Counted from the first letter of the stretch, positions 37,690 to 48,753 are shown. The stretch is DNA of 64,000 nt from Candidatus Saccharimonadota bacterium (GCA_016700315.1 CP065013.1:1449-65448); one strand, 5' to 3'. The notes: generated by a model not told the origin, from the letters alone. Translations and numbers: made by a program.

Positions 37690-39984
37690 ATGCCTAAAAA
37701 TCTAGTTATCGTCGAAAGCCCGGCCAAAGCCAAAACAATCGAGAAATATCTCGGTAGTGACTATGTCGTTAAAAGCAGTATCGGCCATATCCGCAGCCTG
37801 CCCAGCAAAAACGGCTCTATTGACGTGGCCAACAACTTTAAGCCGACTTTTCAGATCGATCCAGACAAAAAGAAGATCATTGCAGAGCTCAAAAAAGCCG
37901 TAGCGAGCGCCAAAAGCGTACTGCTGGCAAGTGATGAAGACCGCGAAGGAGAAGCAATAGCTTGGCATTTAAGTGAGGTGCTAAAACTTGATCCAGCCAC
38001 TACAAAACGCATAGTCTTTCATGAGATAACCAAGGACGCACTAGACGGCGCCATCTCTAACCCTAGAACTATAGATATGCCACTAGTTGAGGCACAGCAG
38101 GCTAGACAAGCCCTAGACTATCTAGTCGGCTTCGAACTAAGTCCAGTTTTGTGGCGCAAAGTCGCACCCAAGCTTAGCGCCGGCCGAGTTCAGTCGGTTG
38201 CAGTCAGACTGATTGTTGATCGAGAAAGAGAAATCGAGTCTCACTTGCCGGAAAGCTCATTCAAGATTAGCGCCAACTTTGAATCTGTTAATGGCGACGA
38301 GCTGAAGGCCGAAGCAAGTGGTAAACTAGCAACTGCCGAAGAAGTGAAACAGCTATTTAACATCTATAAAGACAGCAAATTTAGCGTCGTGGACGTCGCT
38401 AAAAAGCCCGGCAGCCGTAATCCGAGCGCCCCATTTATCACAAGCTCATTGCAGCAAGAAGCGGCGGCTAGACTTGGTTATAGCCCGCGTACCACCATGC
38501 AACTTGCACAGAGACTGTACGAGGCCGGCCATATCACTTACATGCGCACCGATTCTCTAAATCTTAGCAAGCAGTTTTTGGGTGCTGCGACTAGCTATAT
38601 CAAAAAAGAATTCGGCGATAATTATCATCAATTCCGCACTTTCAAAACGAAGAGTTCGGGTGCCCAAGAAGCCCACGAAGCCATAAGACCAACAGACCCA
38701 AGCCGCAAAACTGCCGGTGCCGATGAGCAGCAAAACAAACTGTACAATCTGATTTGGCGTCGAACTTTGGCCTCACAAATGGCGCCCGCTGTCGTTGAAA
38801 AAACAGAGGTAGTTGTCGAATCATCGGGTTCAAAGCCAGTAAGACTAGTAGCCAAGGGTGAGGTACTAACATTTGATGGTTTTATTAGGGTCTATGGAAG
38901 ATCTGGTGACGACACGCTGCTGCCAAACCTAAAAACTGGCGACAAATTAATACTAAACTCTGCCGAAAGTATCGAGGCTCTAAGTCGCGGGCCAGCTCGT
39001 TATACCGAAGCTACCCTCGTTAAAGCTCTGGAAGAGCGGGGGATTGGTCGTCCTAGCACCTACGCCAGCATTATTAGCACCATTCAAAGTCGAGAATATG
39101 TCGAGCGCACTGATGTTGAGGGCGTACAACGTGAAATACGTCATATCACCTTAGCTCAAGGCACGATCAGCGACCGATCAGAGACGTTTGAATATGGTAA
39201 AGATAGCAACAAATTAGTCCCAACAGACAGGGGCCAGGTCGTAACCGATTTTCTGGTAAAACATTTTGGCGAAGTAGTAGACTACGATTTTACCAAAAGC
39301 ATTGAACAGGAACTAGATGACGTTGCTGACAGCACAAAAACACGCCTAGAGGTACTAAACGACTTCTATGGGCCGTTTAGCCGATTAGTAAAGGCAAGTG
39401 ACGACATTAGCCGTTCTGAAGCCGCTCAAGCCCGCCTAGTCGGTCAAGATCCGAAGAGCAAGAAGCCGATTTACGCCCGATTCGGTCGGTTTGGCCCAAT
39501 GCTTCAACTAGGCGAACAAGGCGATGAGTCTGATAAGCCGCAGTTTGCCTCCCTGCCACGTGGTGAAAAAATCGAGACTATTTCACTAGAAAAGGCACTT
39601 AAAGCATTTGAACTACCTAGACTAGTGGGGCACACCGCTTCAGGTGAAGAAATAAAGGCCAACATCGGCCGTTTTGGCCCCTACATACAGATAGGCAAGC
39701 TATTCGTAAGCATCAAGCCTCATGATCCGCACGACATTACACTAGAAGAATCTTTGGAGCTATACAAAGCCAAGCTTAAGGCAGAGAAAGAGAAGTTTAT
39801 TGCAAAGTTTGGCGATATCCAGGTGCTAAAAGGTCGTTACGGCCCATATGTAACAGACGGCAAGAAGAATGCAACCATTCCAAAAACACAGGATCCAACA
39901 AAATTAACAGAGGCGGAGGCTCGTAAAATTCTTGACGAAGCACCCGCCAAAAAAGGGCGCTTTACTCGCCGCAAGAAGAAATAG
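37690..39984 (+). CDS. topA: DNA topoisomerase I
   Basis: Toprim 'LVIVESPAKAKTIEKYLG', 'ASDEDREGEAIAWH', active-site region 'ITYMRTDS', basic C-terminal tail. Confidence 0.95.
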   Translation: MPKNLVIVESPAKAKTIEKYLGSDYVVKSSIGHIRSLPSKNGSIDVANNFKPTFQIDPDKKKIIAELKKAVASAKSVLLASDEDREGEAIAWHLSEVLKLDPATTKRIVFHEITKDALDGAISNPRTIDMPLVEAQQARQALDYLVGFELSPVLWRKVAPKLSAGRVQSVAVRLIVDREREIESHLPESSFKISANFESVNGDELKAEASGKLATAEEVKQLFNIYKDSKFSVVDVAKKPGSRNPSAPFITSSLQQEAAARLGYSPRTTMQLAQRLYEAGHITYMRTDSLNLSKQFLGAATSYIKKEFGDNYHQFRTFKTKSSGAQEAHEAIRPTDPSRKTAGADEQQNKLYNLIWRRTLASQMAPAVVEKTEVVVESSGSKPVRLVAKGEVLTFDGFIRVYGRSGDDTLLPNLKTGDKLILNSAESIEALSRGPARYTEATLVKALEERGIGRPSTYASIISTIQSREYVERTDVEGVQREIRHITLAQGTISDRSETFEYGKDSNKLVPTDRGQVVTDFLVKHFGEVVDYDFTKSIEQELDDVADSTKTRLEVLNDFYGPFSRLVKASDDISRSEAAQARLVGQDPKSKKPIYARFGRFGPMLQLGEQGDESDKPQFASLPRGEKIETISLEKALKAFELPRLVGHTASGEEIKANIGRFGPYIQIGKLFVSIKPHDPHDITLEESLELYKAKLKAEKEKFIAKFGDIQVLKGRYGPYVTDGKKNATIPKTQDPTKLTEAEARKILDEAPAKKGRFTRRKKK

Positions 39985-39992
39985 CGAAAAAC

Positions 39993-40077
39993 GATTAAAG
40001 ATTAAGGATTAAAGAAGATAATTCACGAAGTTCCTTGATCCCATTCCTTAATCATTAATCCTTAATCACTAATCTTC
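39993..40077 (+). terminator. Long imperfect palindrome built from GATTAAG-family heptads; probable topA terminator
   Basis: The left arm GATTAAAGATTAAGGATTAAAGAAG (39993-40017) pairs at about 80% with the right arm CCTTAATCATTAATCCTTAATCACTAATC (40046-40074). It begins 9 nt after the topA stop. Confidence 0.5.
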
Positions 40078-40245
40078 ATTAACTTGTTGCCAATTTGTCG
40101 CTTTTTATACATCATAAGCTATGAACAGAAATTTGTGCATTTACAGCCAAAGCATGGTACAATGAGTTATACCAAACAATTTGTTTGACATATATATTTT
40201 ATTGTTTTACAATGAATACAAACTAAATGAAAGTAGAGTAGGGAA

Positions 40246-41277
40246 ATGGTCAAAGAAACTGACTCGACATTTAACCTAGAGCAAATAATCGCCGATATTT
40301 TGGCAACGATTGACAAAGAACGTGAGCGAGAAATCGTAGCACGTCGCTACGGTCTTTACGAACGCCGAGAAACCCTTGAGCAGATTGGGGAGCTACTTGG
40401 TATCACTCGCGAGCGAGTAAGGCAGCTAGAGAAGGCTACTGTAACTAAGATGAAACAGTCGGCCGATGAGTTACCAAACATAGAGCTCGTTGAGGCTGTT
40501 TTTAGGAGTGAGCTTGCTAAGACCGGCAACACCGCCCGCATTCTTAAACTAGCAAAGATGATCGCCGCTAGTGAAGACAAAATCACCCAGGCTCGCCTCT
40601 GTTTTTTGGCCGAAATGACACCTGGAGTCGTGTTTATCGATGAAAACGACCACTACTTTACAGCCGCAAGCGTTGCACCAAAGCAAACAGAGAAATCACT
40701 CAAAAAATATCTAGAAGAGATAATTTCAACTATCAAAAAAATCGGCAAGCCTATCACCACCGCAGAGTTGGCCGGTGCGCTTGGCAACGAAGATGTCAAG
40801 GCTGTTGAAAGCCTAGCAACTGTTAGTAAGGCACTTGCTCAGCTAAATGGCCGTGTCGGCTTAGTTCGCTGGCCAATGGTCAATCCTAAGAACATTCGAG
40901 ACAAGATCTATGTGATCCTCTACGAAAACGGCAAACACATGCACTTTGGCGAGATCGCCAAATCTATCAAAGACAGTGACTTTAAGCGCAAGAACGTTAC
41001 CACTCAAGCTATCCATAACGAGCTTATCAAAGACAGCCGCTTCATACTTGTCGGACGCGGTATCTATGCCCTTAAAGAATGGGGCTTCAAGCAGGGAACA
41101 GTCGCCGATGTTATTACAGATATCCTCAAGGATGCCAAAGAGCCACTACACCGCGATGAAATCGTTAAAAGAGTGCTCAAAAAGCGCTTTGTCAAAGAAA
41201 CGACAATCCTACTGAACCTACAAGGCAAAAAGCAGTTCAAGCGCGTCGCCAAAGCCACTTACGCACTAGCAGAGTAA
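40246..41277 (+). CDS. Sigma-70 region-4-like HTH protein with C-terminal HARE-HTH-like domain(s)
   Basis: 'IVARRYGL....TLEQIGELLGITRERVRQLEKATVTKMK' is region 4. 'IYVILYENGKHMHFGEIAKSI...DSRFILVGRGIYALKEWG' resembles the HARE-HTH of RpoE/delta. Confidence 0.5.
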   Translation: MVKETDSTFNLEQIIADILATIDKEREREIVARRYGLYERRETLEQIGELLGITRERVRQLEKATVTKMKQSADELPNIELVEAVFRSELAKTGNTARILKLAKMIAASEDKITQARLCFLAEMTPGVVFIDENDHYFTAASVAPKQTEKSLKKYLEEIISTIKKIGKPITTAELAGALGNEDVKAVESLATVSKALAQLNGRVGLVRWPMVNPKNIRDKIYVILYENGKHMHFGEIAKSIKDSDFKRKNVTTQAIHNELIKDSRFILVGRGIYALKEWGFKQGTVADVITDILKDAKEPLHRDEIVKRVLKKRFVKETTILLNLQGKKQFKRVAKATYALAE

Positions 41278-41300
41278 ACAAAAGGAGAGGGGAAAATGAG

Positions 41301-41765
41301 ATGATAACTATAAGACCAACCTCTTTAACAACACCCTACGGCTTTAAAACTAGTCGTGAATTCCTAGAAACTGAAGAATGGGTCAAAATGATTCGGAATA
41401 CTGCGAGAGATTTCCCTCTATCAGGAAGCAAAGAGACCCCGCTAAGAGTTGCGGGTATCAATAGTAAAAGAGAAAATTTCTATGCCAAGCAACAGATACG
41501 AAATGCAGGCAGTGCCGCCGCAGAGAGAGCTTCCACTATTTCTGCAGAGCTGGGCATGGCTATGGACCCACTTTCTCTAGGTGTTATAGTGGGTTCGGTA
41601 ATTGAGTCTCATTCGTCCGATTCTATCTCTAATAATATAGTTGATGGACTCCGCCTTAATCCGTCTTTAAACAGGATCAACCAGGTGGCGAGAGGGCTTG
41701 GCCCAGTATTAGTATTCAAGGTTGCCGAGGCTTGCTATTTGGCGGCTTGCGACCAATTGGCATAA
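41301..41765 (+). CDS. Hypothetical protein
   Basis: 154-aa ORF preceded by a Shine-Dalgarno-like AAGGAGAGG. Confidence 0.45.
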   Translation: MITIRPTSLTTPYGFKTSREFLETEEWVKMIRNTARDFPLSGSKETPLRVAGINSKRENFYAKQQIRNAGSAAAERASTISAELGMAMDPLSLGVIVGSVIESHSSDSISNNIVDGLRLNPSLNRINQVARGLGPVLVFKVAEACYLAACDQLA

Positions 41766-42550
41766 TTAGTGATATCTGCTCATTCATCAAAAAAAGTTTA
41801 TGTGCTATATTAAGAACATTTTACGAACAAGCAATATATACTTCAATGGATTGATTAAATAATACTTAAGAACATATGGGCTTTGGCACAGGGAAATAGA
41901 ATAGGGAAAATAAAAAATTATTTAAGCAAAGCAAAAAATAAAAAACGAAGTACCGGAAGACACATACAAACACCCAAAAGGGAGTATAGACAGAATGTCG
42001 CACAATGTATATTTTACGACTCTACTATTCCACATATAGTTGATTGGCTATACCTTTGCTAGGCGGGGGATATTTGCGATTAACTCCTATGGCTCTTTGG
42101 ATTGTGCCCTAGCGGTGCAGAAGTACTACATAAACACACTCAAATTAATCATTTCACGCGCCTGCAGGAGATTTTAGGCGCAGAAAAGGTTTAACCGCCC
42201 ATATAAACTAAATACCGCGAAATATCAGTTTTTGACATTGTACAGTTTCTGCAGCATTGTATAGTTTTATGATGAAACGAAAAGCACTTATCCCCAGCCG
42301 AACAAATTACGAACGAAGTAGGGCGAACAATCTACGAACAAGCACTATTTGTTTTTTTGTTGTTTTTATTTATTTATATAGTTTTTTTGCTTTCCTCATC
42401 TGTAACTGTTAACCAATATTTGTAAACTGGTAATTACTAATTGAAAATACTCATCATTCCCCTGCTCCCCCGCTCCATTAGTACAGCAAAATAGTTTTTT
42501 AACAGAGGTAGGCCCCTGTTAAGCAGTGCGCTTTCACTACTGTAGTGTGA

Positions 42551-43417
42551 CTATTTTATAAATATTCTTTCACCTAGCCGTACATCTATATACTCAACCG
42601 GGTTTTTATTTTCGTTTTTGATTTGTAGTTTTGTAGCCCAAAGCGCACCTAATTGCTGTCGAACATCAAAACCAAAGTTTAACTTTACGGTATAACTATC
42701 ACCCGAAAGTTTAATTATTACATCTTGAGGCGATGTGCCTATGATTATCTCTTGAACAGTAAGGCCCTGGGATTTAACCTCTTTTACTAGATCTAAGATA
42801 AATCTGACTTCATCTTCAAGTAGCAGCCATTGCCCGGGTTTGTAGTCTAAACCACTGTCATCTGATAGCTTAGGCAGAAGATCGGTGACACCCTCAGCTT
42901 CAGCTAAAACACGACCATCTTCTCCGAGAAGTAACATTTTTTGATTTGTCTGAACAGCTAGTACAGGCTTATTAAAAACTATACCTATAATTGGCCGCGT
43001 GCCAACTAGCGGCAGTGAAACTGTGGCCGCTGATATCTCTGGAAATTTTTGGATTATTTTGTTTTCGAGATCACGCGTCGACAAAGTTATTTTTGTACGG
43101 TAGAGCGGACTCCTGCTCAATATCTCGTTTATAGACTTTGTGTAATAGCTTTCTGCCGGCAACACACCACTGTGAGCAGCATACTTGTAGTTGGCTGCTG
43201 TATCGACCAACCCGTTGAACACCACAGCGACAAAAACTATCATCAAGGCAATAATGCTTGGTAGATTCCTAAGCCTAATGAGCTTAGGTTTAGTAAGCGA
43301 CAATTTTTGGTTTGTGTGTTTCTGCCGCCTATTCAACTCAGGCTTATGTGTCGCTTTATAATAACGGAAGGTCGGAGCTTTCGTTACTGTTTTTAGTTGT
43401 CTTCGTTCTTCTGTCAT
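42551..43417 (-). CDS. ftsQ: Cell division protein FtsQ/DivIB-like
   Basis: Basic N-terminus, a single TM and a POTRA-sized ectodomain. It is located immediately after murG in the dcw cluster. Confidence 0.6.
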   Translation of the reverse strand: MTEERRQLKTVTKAPTFRYYKATHKPELNRRQKHTNQKLSLTKPKLIRLRNLPSIIALMIVFVAVVFNGLVDTAANYKYAAHSGVLPAESYYTKSINEILSRSPLYRTKITLSTRDLENKIIQKFPEISAATVSLPLVGTRPIIGIVFNKPVLAVQTNQKMLLLGEDGRVLAEAEGVTDLLPKLSDDSGLDYKPGQWLLLEDEVRFILDLVKEVKSQGLTVQEIIIGTSPQDVIIKLSGDSYTVKLNFGFDVRQQLGALWATKLQIKNENKNPVEYIDVRLGERIFIK

Positions 43418-44583
43418 TATTTTTTATGATGTAATTTTATCAGTATATCAACCACATTTTCTGCAGCATCTTTCTTGACTAGCTGTTCAGCACTTTCACC
43501 CAGTCTCCCCCGCTCTGCTGGATTGTTAAGTAATTCGTTGACAGTTTTATACAAGACTTCTTGGGTGTTTTCGTCCTCATCAACCAAAACTGCTGCCGAG
43601 TTTTCCTGATAAACTCGGGCATTTTGCAGTTGGTGCCCCCCCGTTAGCTGGTTGTTGGGAACAATTATCATGGCTTGTTTTTGAATAGAGAATTCTGTTA
43701 AGGCCGTCGCCCCTGCTCTAGTTATAACGACATCACTAGCCTCGCTCAAAAGTCTAAGTTCATTAGTAAAGCCGTAAACCAACGACCGACTAGTGTTTCG
43801 ATATAGATGTTCGACTTCTTCCTGAAGCTTTTTGCCAGCAATATGGATAATAAATAGTCTCGGTCTTGACTTTAGGAGTCTTAATAGAACCGCAGCTGCG
43901 GTCCTATTAAGACTCCGTGCGCCTAGCCCACCGCCCGTCACAAGTACTACCTCGGCGTCATGAGGCAATTTGAGCTCTTGTCTGGCAGTTTCTCTAAGAT
44001 CGCTGTTTATTACTGTGTAGGCTTTGTTAACGGGTATACCGACATGGTGCGTGCGCGACTGATTGTAGCGGTAGTTTTCTTTCGGTAAGCCAACAGCGTG
44101 AGCCGAAGCGCCTCTGGCTATTAATCTGTTCGCCAGGCTGGCAACCGCGTCAGAATCATGCGTTAAGTAGGGCCTATGAAGAAGTCTTGCAGCAAAGCCT
44201 AAAGGCACACCTACATAGCCGCCTCGCATGAAGAGAGCCTTTGGCTTATAACGTAAAACTAGATATAACGACTGCATGAAACCTACTATGACATAGAATA
44301 CATCGCGTAAATTTTTTAGCATTTCTTTGATATCGAGTAGCTGCTTAAGCCCCTCACCATGATAACGCCTTAGTTTACCAGCGAATATCTCATGTACTTC
44401 ATCTATAGCACCTGAGTCCTTAACTACCCTGTTAACACCGCCACTATCACCTCTGTGAACCACGGCATGAACTCGAGCCTGCGGACATCTTTTTTTTAGT
44501 TCTTCAGCTACAGCTACTAGAGGAGTGACGTGACCGCCGGAGCCACCACCACTAAAAAAATATAGCTCGTCTTCTTGGCTCAT
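43417..44583 (-). CDS. murG: UDP-N-acetylglucosamine--N-acetylmuramyl-(pentapeptide) pyrophosphoryl-undecaprenol GlcNAc transferase
   Basis: 'GGGSGGHVTPLVAVAEEL', 'LVTGGGLGA', 'VITRAGATALTE'. Confidence 0.9.
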   Translation of the reverse strand: MSQEDELYFFSGGGSGGHVTPLVAVAEELKKRCPQARVHAVVHRGDSGGVNRVVKDSGAIDEVHEIFAGKLRRYHGEGLKQLLDIKEMLKNLRDVFYVIVGFMQSLYLVLRYKPKALFMRGGYVGVPLGFAARLLHRPYLTHDSDAVASLANRLIARGASAHAVGLPKENYRYNQSRTHHVGIPVNKAYTVINSDLRETARQELKLPHDAEVVLVTGGGLGARSLNRTAAAVLLRLLKSRPRLFIIHIAGKKLQEEVEHLYRNTSRSLVYGFTNELRLLSEASDVVITRAGATALTEFSIQKQAMIIVPNNQLTGGHQLQNARVYQENSAAVLVDEDENTQEVLYKTVNELLNNPAERGRLGESAEQLVKKDAAENVVDILIKLHHKK

Positions 44584-45845
44584 ACATTTCTCCTCAAGAT
44601 AGTTGGTCTGGGCCTAGATGGTGCCTCTGGATTGTTAGTCTCAACTACTTCGCTATCAATCGGTCGGAACGCGGTATAGCGCGAAATTTGAAAAACAATG
44701 CCGAGCGCACAACATACAAAGAATAAACTGGTCCCGCCAGTACTGATAAACGGCAAGGTTATACCTTTTAGTGGCAATAAACCCATCATCGCGCCAATAT
44801 TGACGATAGTCTGAAAACTAAACCACACTAATACACCGATGACCAAAAGCCTGTCATAGCTATCCGCTGTTAGTTCGGCGATACGTTTTATTCGCTGAAA
44901 AAGTAACCCAAAAACCCCTAGAAGCGTAGCGCAGCCGACAAATCCAAACTTTTCAGCTACAATCGCAAAAATTGAATCATTAGAAGCCTCGGGCAGGTAA
45001 CCATATGCTTGAACGCTACGCCCCAAACCCTTGCCAAACATACCGCCAGAACCAATTGCTTTTAGCGACTCACATATCTGATATCCTTTGGCACGACAGT
45101 CTTTCTCAGGATTTAAAAAAGTCTCAACGCGCGAACGCCGATAAGGGCTAGATACAATTGCCAAAATTAACAGCAGACATATAGCCGCTCCAACAATTAC
45201 AAGACGCCGCATCGGCATACCGGCCGTATATGCTATACCTGCCACCATGGCCACCATAACGCCAGCAGAGCCTAGATCGCTCTCTAGCCCTGCTATAACT
45301 AGCCCAATGGCGCCTAGGGCATAGATCAGGGGTTTTAAGCTCTTGTCTCGATTTGATAGTTCACCGCGATTTAACCTAGCTACGATAAAGCCTACTACCC
45401 ATATTAACAAAGTTAGTTTTACTAACTCGGCCGCTTGAAAAGACAGACCACCGATCTGTATCCACCTTTGAGCACCATTGACCGTCTCGCCAAACAACTT
45501 AACAACAATCACGGTAATAATCGAAGCAATGATTAGCGGTTTTTCGGCCTTTTTCCACCAGGTAGTTGGCACGTGTGAAACTGCAAAGAAAGCCACAAGG
45601 CCTAAACCGGCCGACAAGAACTGCTTCAACACAATACTTGATTCACTAGTCTGCTTAGAAATCGCAATACCTGGGCTGATTGCATATACTACTACCAGAC
45701 CAGTTACCACCAAAAACAACGCCAGTAGAGCCAAAATATAATCTGGCTTATGTTTACGTTTTAGTTCAGTTTTTTCTGGAGTATTCCAGCCAGCTAACGC
45801 GTCTCGCTGTCTAGCAAAACTGCCACGCTGTGAGTAGCCAACCAT
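44580..45845 (-). CDS. ftsW: SEDS-family peptidoglycan polymerase FtsW/RodA
   Basis: About 10 TM helices; 'QPAELVKL'-like 'QAAELVKLTL', 'SDLGSA', 'LPLKGITLPFISTGGTS'. Confidence 0.85.
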   Translation of the reverse strand: MVGYSQRGSFARQRDALAGWNTPEKTELKRKHKPDYILALLALFLVVTGLVVVYAISPGIAISKQTSESSIVLKQFLSAGLGLVAFFAVSHVPTTWWKKAEKPLIIASIITVIVVKLFGETVNGAQRWIQIGGLSFQAAELVKLTLLIWVVGFIVARLNRGELSNRDKSLKPLIYALGAIGLVIAGLESDLGSAGVMVAMVAGIAYTAGMPMRRLVIVGAAICLLLILAIVSSPYRRSRVETFLNPEKDCRAKGYQICESLKAIGSGGMFGKGLGRSVQAYGYLPEASNDSIFAIVAEKFGFVGCATLLGVFGLLFQRIKRIAELTADSYDRLLVIGVLVWFSFQTIVNIGAMMGLLPLKGITLPFISTGGTSLFFVCCALGIVFQISRYTAFRPIDSEVVETNNPEAPSRPRPTILRRNV

Positions 45846-45856
45846 ACGCCCCTACC

Positions 45857-46897
45857 TCACCTGCCTAGGCCGATAAAATATACGATCAAACCAAGAACCG
45901 CTAAGACTTGGCTAAGAATCCAAAAGCGCATTGTTACCTTTGTTTCGGGCCAACCGCTAGCCTCAAAATGATGATGTATCGGAGCAATCTTAAAAATTTT
46001 GCGGCCGCCGCGAAGTTTTTTGGAGGTAATCTGAAGTAGTGAAGACCCAGCCTCAACAACAAACATGCCGCCAATAATCGGTAAAATGAACACGGTGTTG
46101 GTAATCAAAGCTACCACCGCTAAAGCAGTACCAAGAGCAAAGGAACCTATGTCGCCCATAAAAAACCTGGCCGGGTAGATATTAAACCATGTATAACTGA
46201 GCAGCGCCCCAACTACTGTAAAACAAAATCCAGCCAGACCTAGGCGCCCTTGAGTCAAACATATTAAACCGTAAGCAGCAAAAGCGTTCACACTTAAGCC
46301 GCCAGCCAAGCCGTCCAAGCCGTCACTGATATTAACAGCGTTAGCGGTTGCATAAACCACAAAAATAAACAGGGGTATTATCAGCCAGCCGACCGACAAT
46401 AACCCAAACAGTGGAATATCAATAGTGTGAACCCCGAGTTTCGCGTAAAACCACCAACCCCCTATTGCCGCAACCATCAGCAGCAGTAATGACTTAATTC
46501 TCGCACGCATACCAGCTACTCCTCGACCACCGCTACCGATATTTATCAAATCGTCGACGAAACCAACCACTGCTGCGCCTACCATAGCACCAAGCGGCAG
46601 CCAGGTTTCGCTACGACTTAAGTTGGTCGCAACTGTAATCAGAAATGTTGCAGCCACAAAAATAATGCCAGCCATGGTTGGAATTTGTCGATAATGCTTT
46701 TGAGCATGTAATTTGGTATAGATCTTTGCCTTCTCGCCTGTTACCGCATCTTTGCGAGGTTTCTTCCACCACTGTTTTTGGTATGCCAAGGTAGTATAAA
46801 GTGGCGTCAACCCCATGGCCATCAAGAACCCAAAGAATCCATAAAGCAATATCTGAATGAGTTCATTTGCCTGAAAGTTTATGAGTAGTTCTGTCAT
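45857..46897 (-). CDS. mraY: Phospho-N-acetylmuramoyl-pentapeptide transferase
   Basis: 'TMAGIIF', 'VGFVDD', 'NAVNISDGLDGLA', 'FMGDIGSFALG', 'APIHHHFE'. Confidence 0.92.
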   Translation of the reverse strand: MTELLINFQANELIQILLYGFFGFLMAMGLTPLYTTLAYQKQWWKKPRKDAVTGEKAKIYTKLHAQKHYRQIPTMAGIIFVAATFLITVATNLSRSETWLPLGAMVGAAVVGFVDDLINIGSGGRGVAGMRARIKSLLLLMVAAIGGWWFYAKLGVHTIDIPLFGLLSVGWLIIPLFIFVVYATANAVNISDGLDGLAGGLSVNAFAAYGLICLTQGRLGLAGFCFTVVGALLSYTWFNIYPARFFMGDIGSFALGTALAVVALITNTVFILPIIGGMFVVEAGSSLLQITSKKLRGGRKIFKIAPIHHHFEASGWPETKVTMRFWILSQVLAVLGLIVYFIGLGR

Positions 46898-46933
46898 GTT
46901 TTTATCTTTTCTCGCTTCGTTATGATTATAGCA

Positions 46934-48685
46934 TTATTTGGCCGTTTTGGGCTGTATATTAAAGTTATTTAGCAGCATTTGTGCAGCAGTAACAAAGATA
47001 GGTCCAGCAGCCTTAAGGCCGGCATAGCCCTGCACTTTCGGGTCATCGACTCGAACATAAACAACGTACTCAATTTTGTCACCGCCAATAAACCCTACAA
47101 ATGAGCCGTTGAAACGATCGGCATAGTAACCGCCATTGGGATCGGCGATTTGTGCCGTGCCAGTTTTACCGCCAACACGATAGCCCGGTCGAGCAGCAGC
47201 AGAGTAAAACCTCTCTACTAAAGTCTGCATGTAGCCCGTCACCTGCTGACTGTCGCTTGAAGATAAAACATCTCTCGCCAGAACTGTTGGCTGATGAGGC
47301 TTTAGACTGCCATCGGCCTGCTTTATAGAGTGAACCAAAGTTGGTTGATAATATGTACCACCGTTTACAAGCGCACTGAACGCAGCTGCCATCTGAATTG
47401 GTGTTTGGCTGGTACCTTGACCAAAAGTCGTGTTAGCATAACGTATATTGAGGCCAAAACCTTCGTTTGGATCTGGCACAATTCCGCCCTCTTCGTAGCC
47501 CTGCTCTATACCAGTTTTCTGTCCAAATCGATAATGATTGACTAAGTAATCATGCCACTTCTCTCGCCCTGCCTTAGTGAAATCCCCGCCCCCCATGTAT
47601 TTAAGCATCTGACTAGCACCCGTGTTGAGCGACATCGTAATAATCAGTTCCAAAGTTCTGGTGCCAGCTCCACCGTCTTCCTCAACGTTGGTTATCGTTT
47701 TTCCATCTGCTATCACATACCCTGGATCATAAAAGGTTGTGTTTGCATTGACAACGCCGCTATTAAGCGCAGCAGCTACGGTCAAAGGTTTCATGACTGA
47801 CCCAACCTCATAAGGCGAGGCGACATTAGAGTTTATGAAGACACTAGGATCTTTTTGCTCTTCAATTTTTGCTGGATCATAAGTTGGGTAAGAAGCCATA
47901 GCTACTACTTCACCGTTATCGGGCCGCATGACTATCAGGCCACCAGACTTGCTGTTGGCGTTAGCTAAGCCGTTTTTGAGGATTTCTTCAACTTGTTGCT
48001 GCATGCCAACATCTATAGAAAGCACAACCTCTTCACCGTCGACTGACGGAGTTTCTATATTATCACCGTTTGCGAGTAGCGGTACGCCGTTGTGATCGGT
48101 AATAGCTTTTACCTTACCCGGCGTACCTTTTAGCCGATCGTTAAGCGCCTGTTCTACACCGTACTTACCCTCTGCTTCATCATTTACAAAACCAAGCAGT
48201 GATGCCGCCAGACTGCCCTGCGGGTAAATCCGTTGGGAAGTTTCTTCCAAGAAAACTCCAGCCAATTCTAATTTTCTGATTTCGCTTGCTTGTACCTCGG
48301 TCAGTTTTTTGGCCAGTACCGTATACCTCAAATCTTTATTTTCGAGCTGCTTTTTGATCTCACTATAGTCGCCGTAACTCTTTAATGCGTCGGCGGTCTG
48401 TTCAATTTTCTTAATTAATGTCGGATCAGCAACCAAACGATATCGCTTTTCGTTTAGAACTAGAGGCACTGTCCTATCGCCGTCACGGGCATACAACGTG
48501 CCCCGCTCTGGCGCAATCTCATACTGTTTTTGCTGATTAGCAATCGCTAATTTTGAATAGTATGAACCGCGTAAAATTTGTAAATAGAATAACCTAAATG
48601 TAAAAATCAAAAATATTAAAAAAAGTACTACTTCAATTACCCTTACACGGGCTAAAATCCCGAAATGTTTTTTTGAGCTGGTCAT
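46934..48685 (-). CDS. ftsI: Penicillin-binding protein 2/3 class transpeptidase (FtsI-like)
   Basis: N-terminal TM, PBP dimerisation domain, 'GSVMKP' (SxxK), 'SLN', 'KTGTA'. Confidence 0.88.
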   Translation of the reverse strand: MTSSKKHFGILARVRVIEVVLFLIFLIFTFRLFYLQILRGSYYSKLAIANQQKQYEIAPERGTLYARDGDRTVPLVLNEKRYRLVADPTLIKKIEQTADALKSYGDYSEIKKQLENKDLRYTVLAKKLTEVQASEIRKLELAGVFLEETSQRIYPQGSLAASLLGFVNDEAEGKYGVEQALNDRLKGTPGKVKAITDHNGVPLLANGDNIETPSVDGEEVVLSIDVGMQQQVEEILKNGLANANSKSGGLIVMRPDNGEVVAMASYPTYDPAKIEEQKDPSVFINSNVASPYEVGSVMKPLTVAAALNSGVVNANTTFYDPGYVIADGKTITNVEEDGGAGTRTLELIITMSLNTGASQMLKYMGGGDFTKAGREKWHDYLVNHYRFGQKTGIEQGYEEGGIVPDPNEGFGLNIRYANTTFGQGTSQTPIQMAAAFSALVNGGTYYQPTLVHSIKQADGSLKPHQPTVLARDVLSSSDSQQVTGYMQTLVERFYSAAARPGYRVGGKTGTAQIADPNGGYYADRFNGSFVGFIGGDKIEYVVYVRVDDPKVQGYAGLKAAGPIFVTAAQMLLNNFNIQPKTAK

Positions 48686-48753
48686 ATAAATATTTTAGCT
48701 TAAATCACAAGCACTAACACCAATGTTTATGCCAATTATTAAGCAAAAACAGA

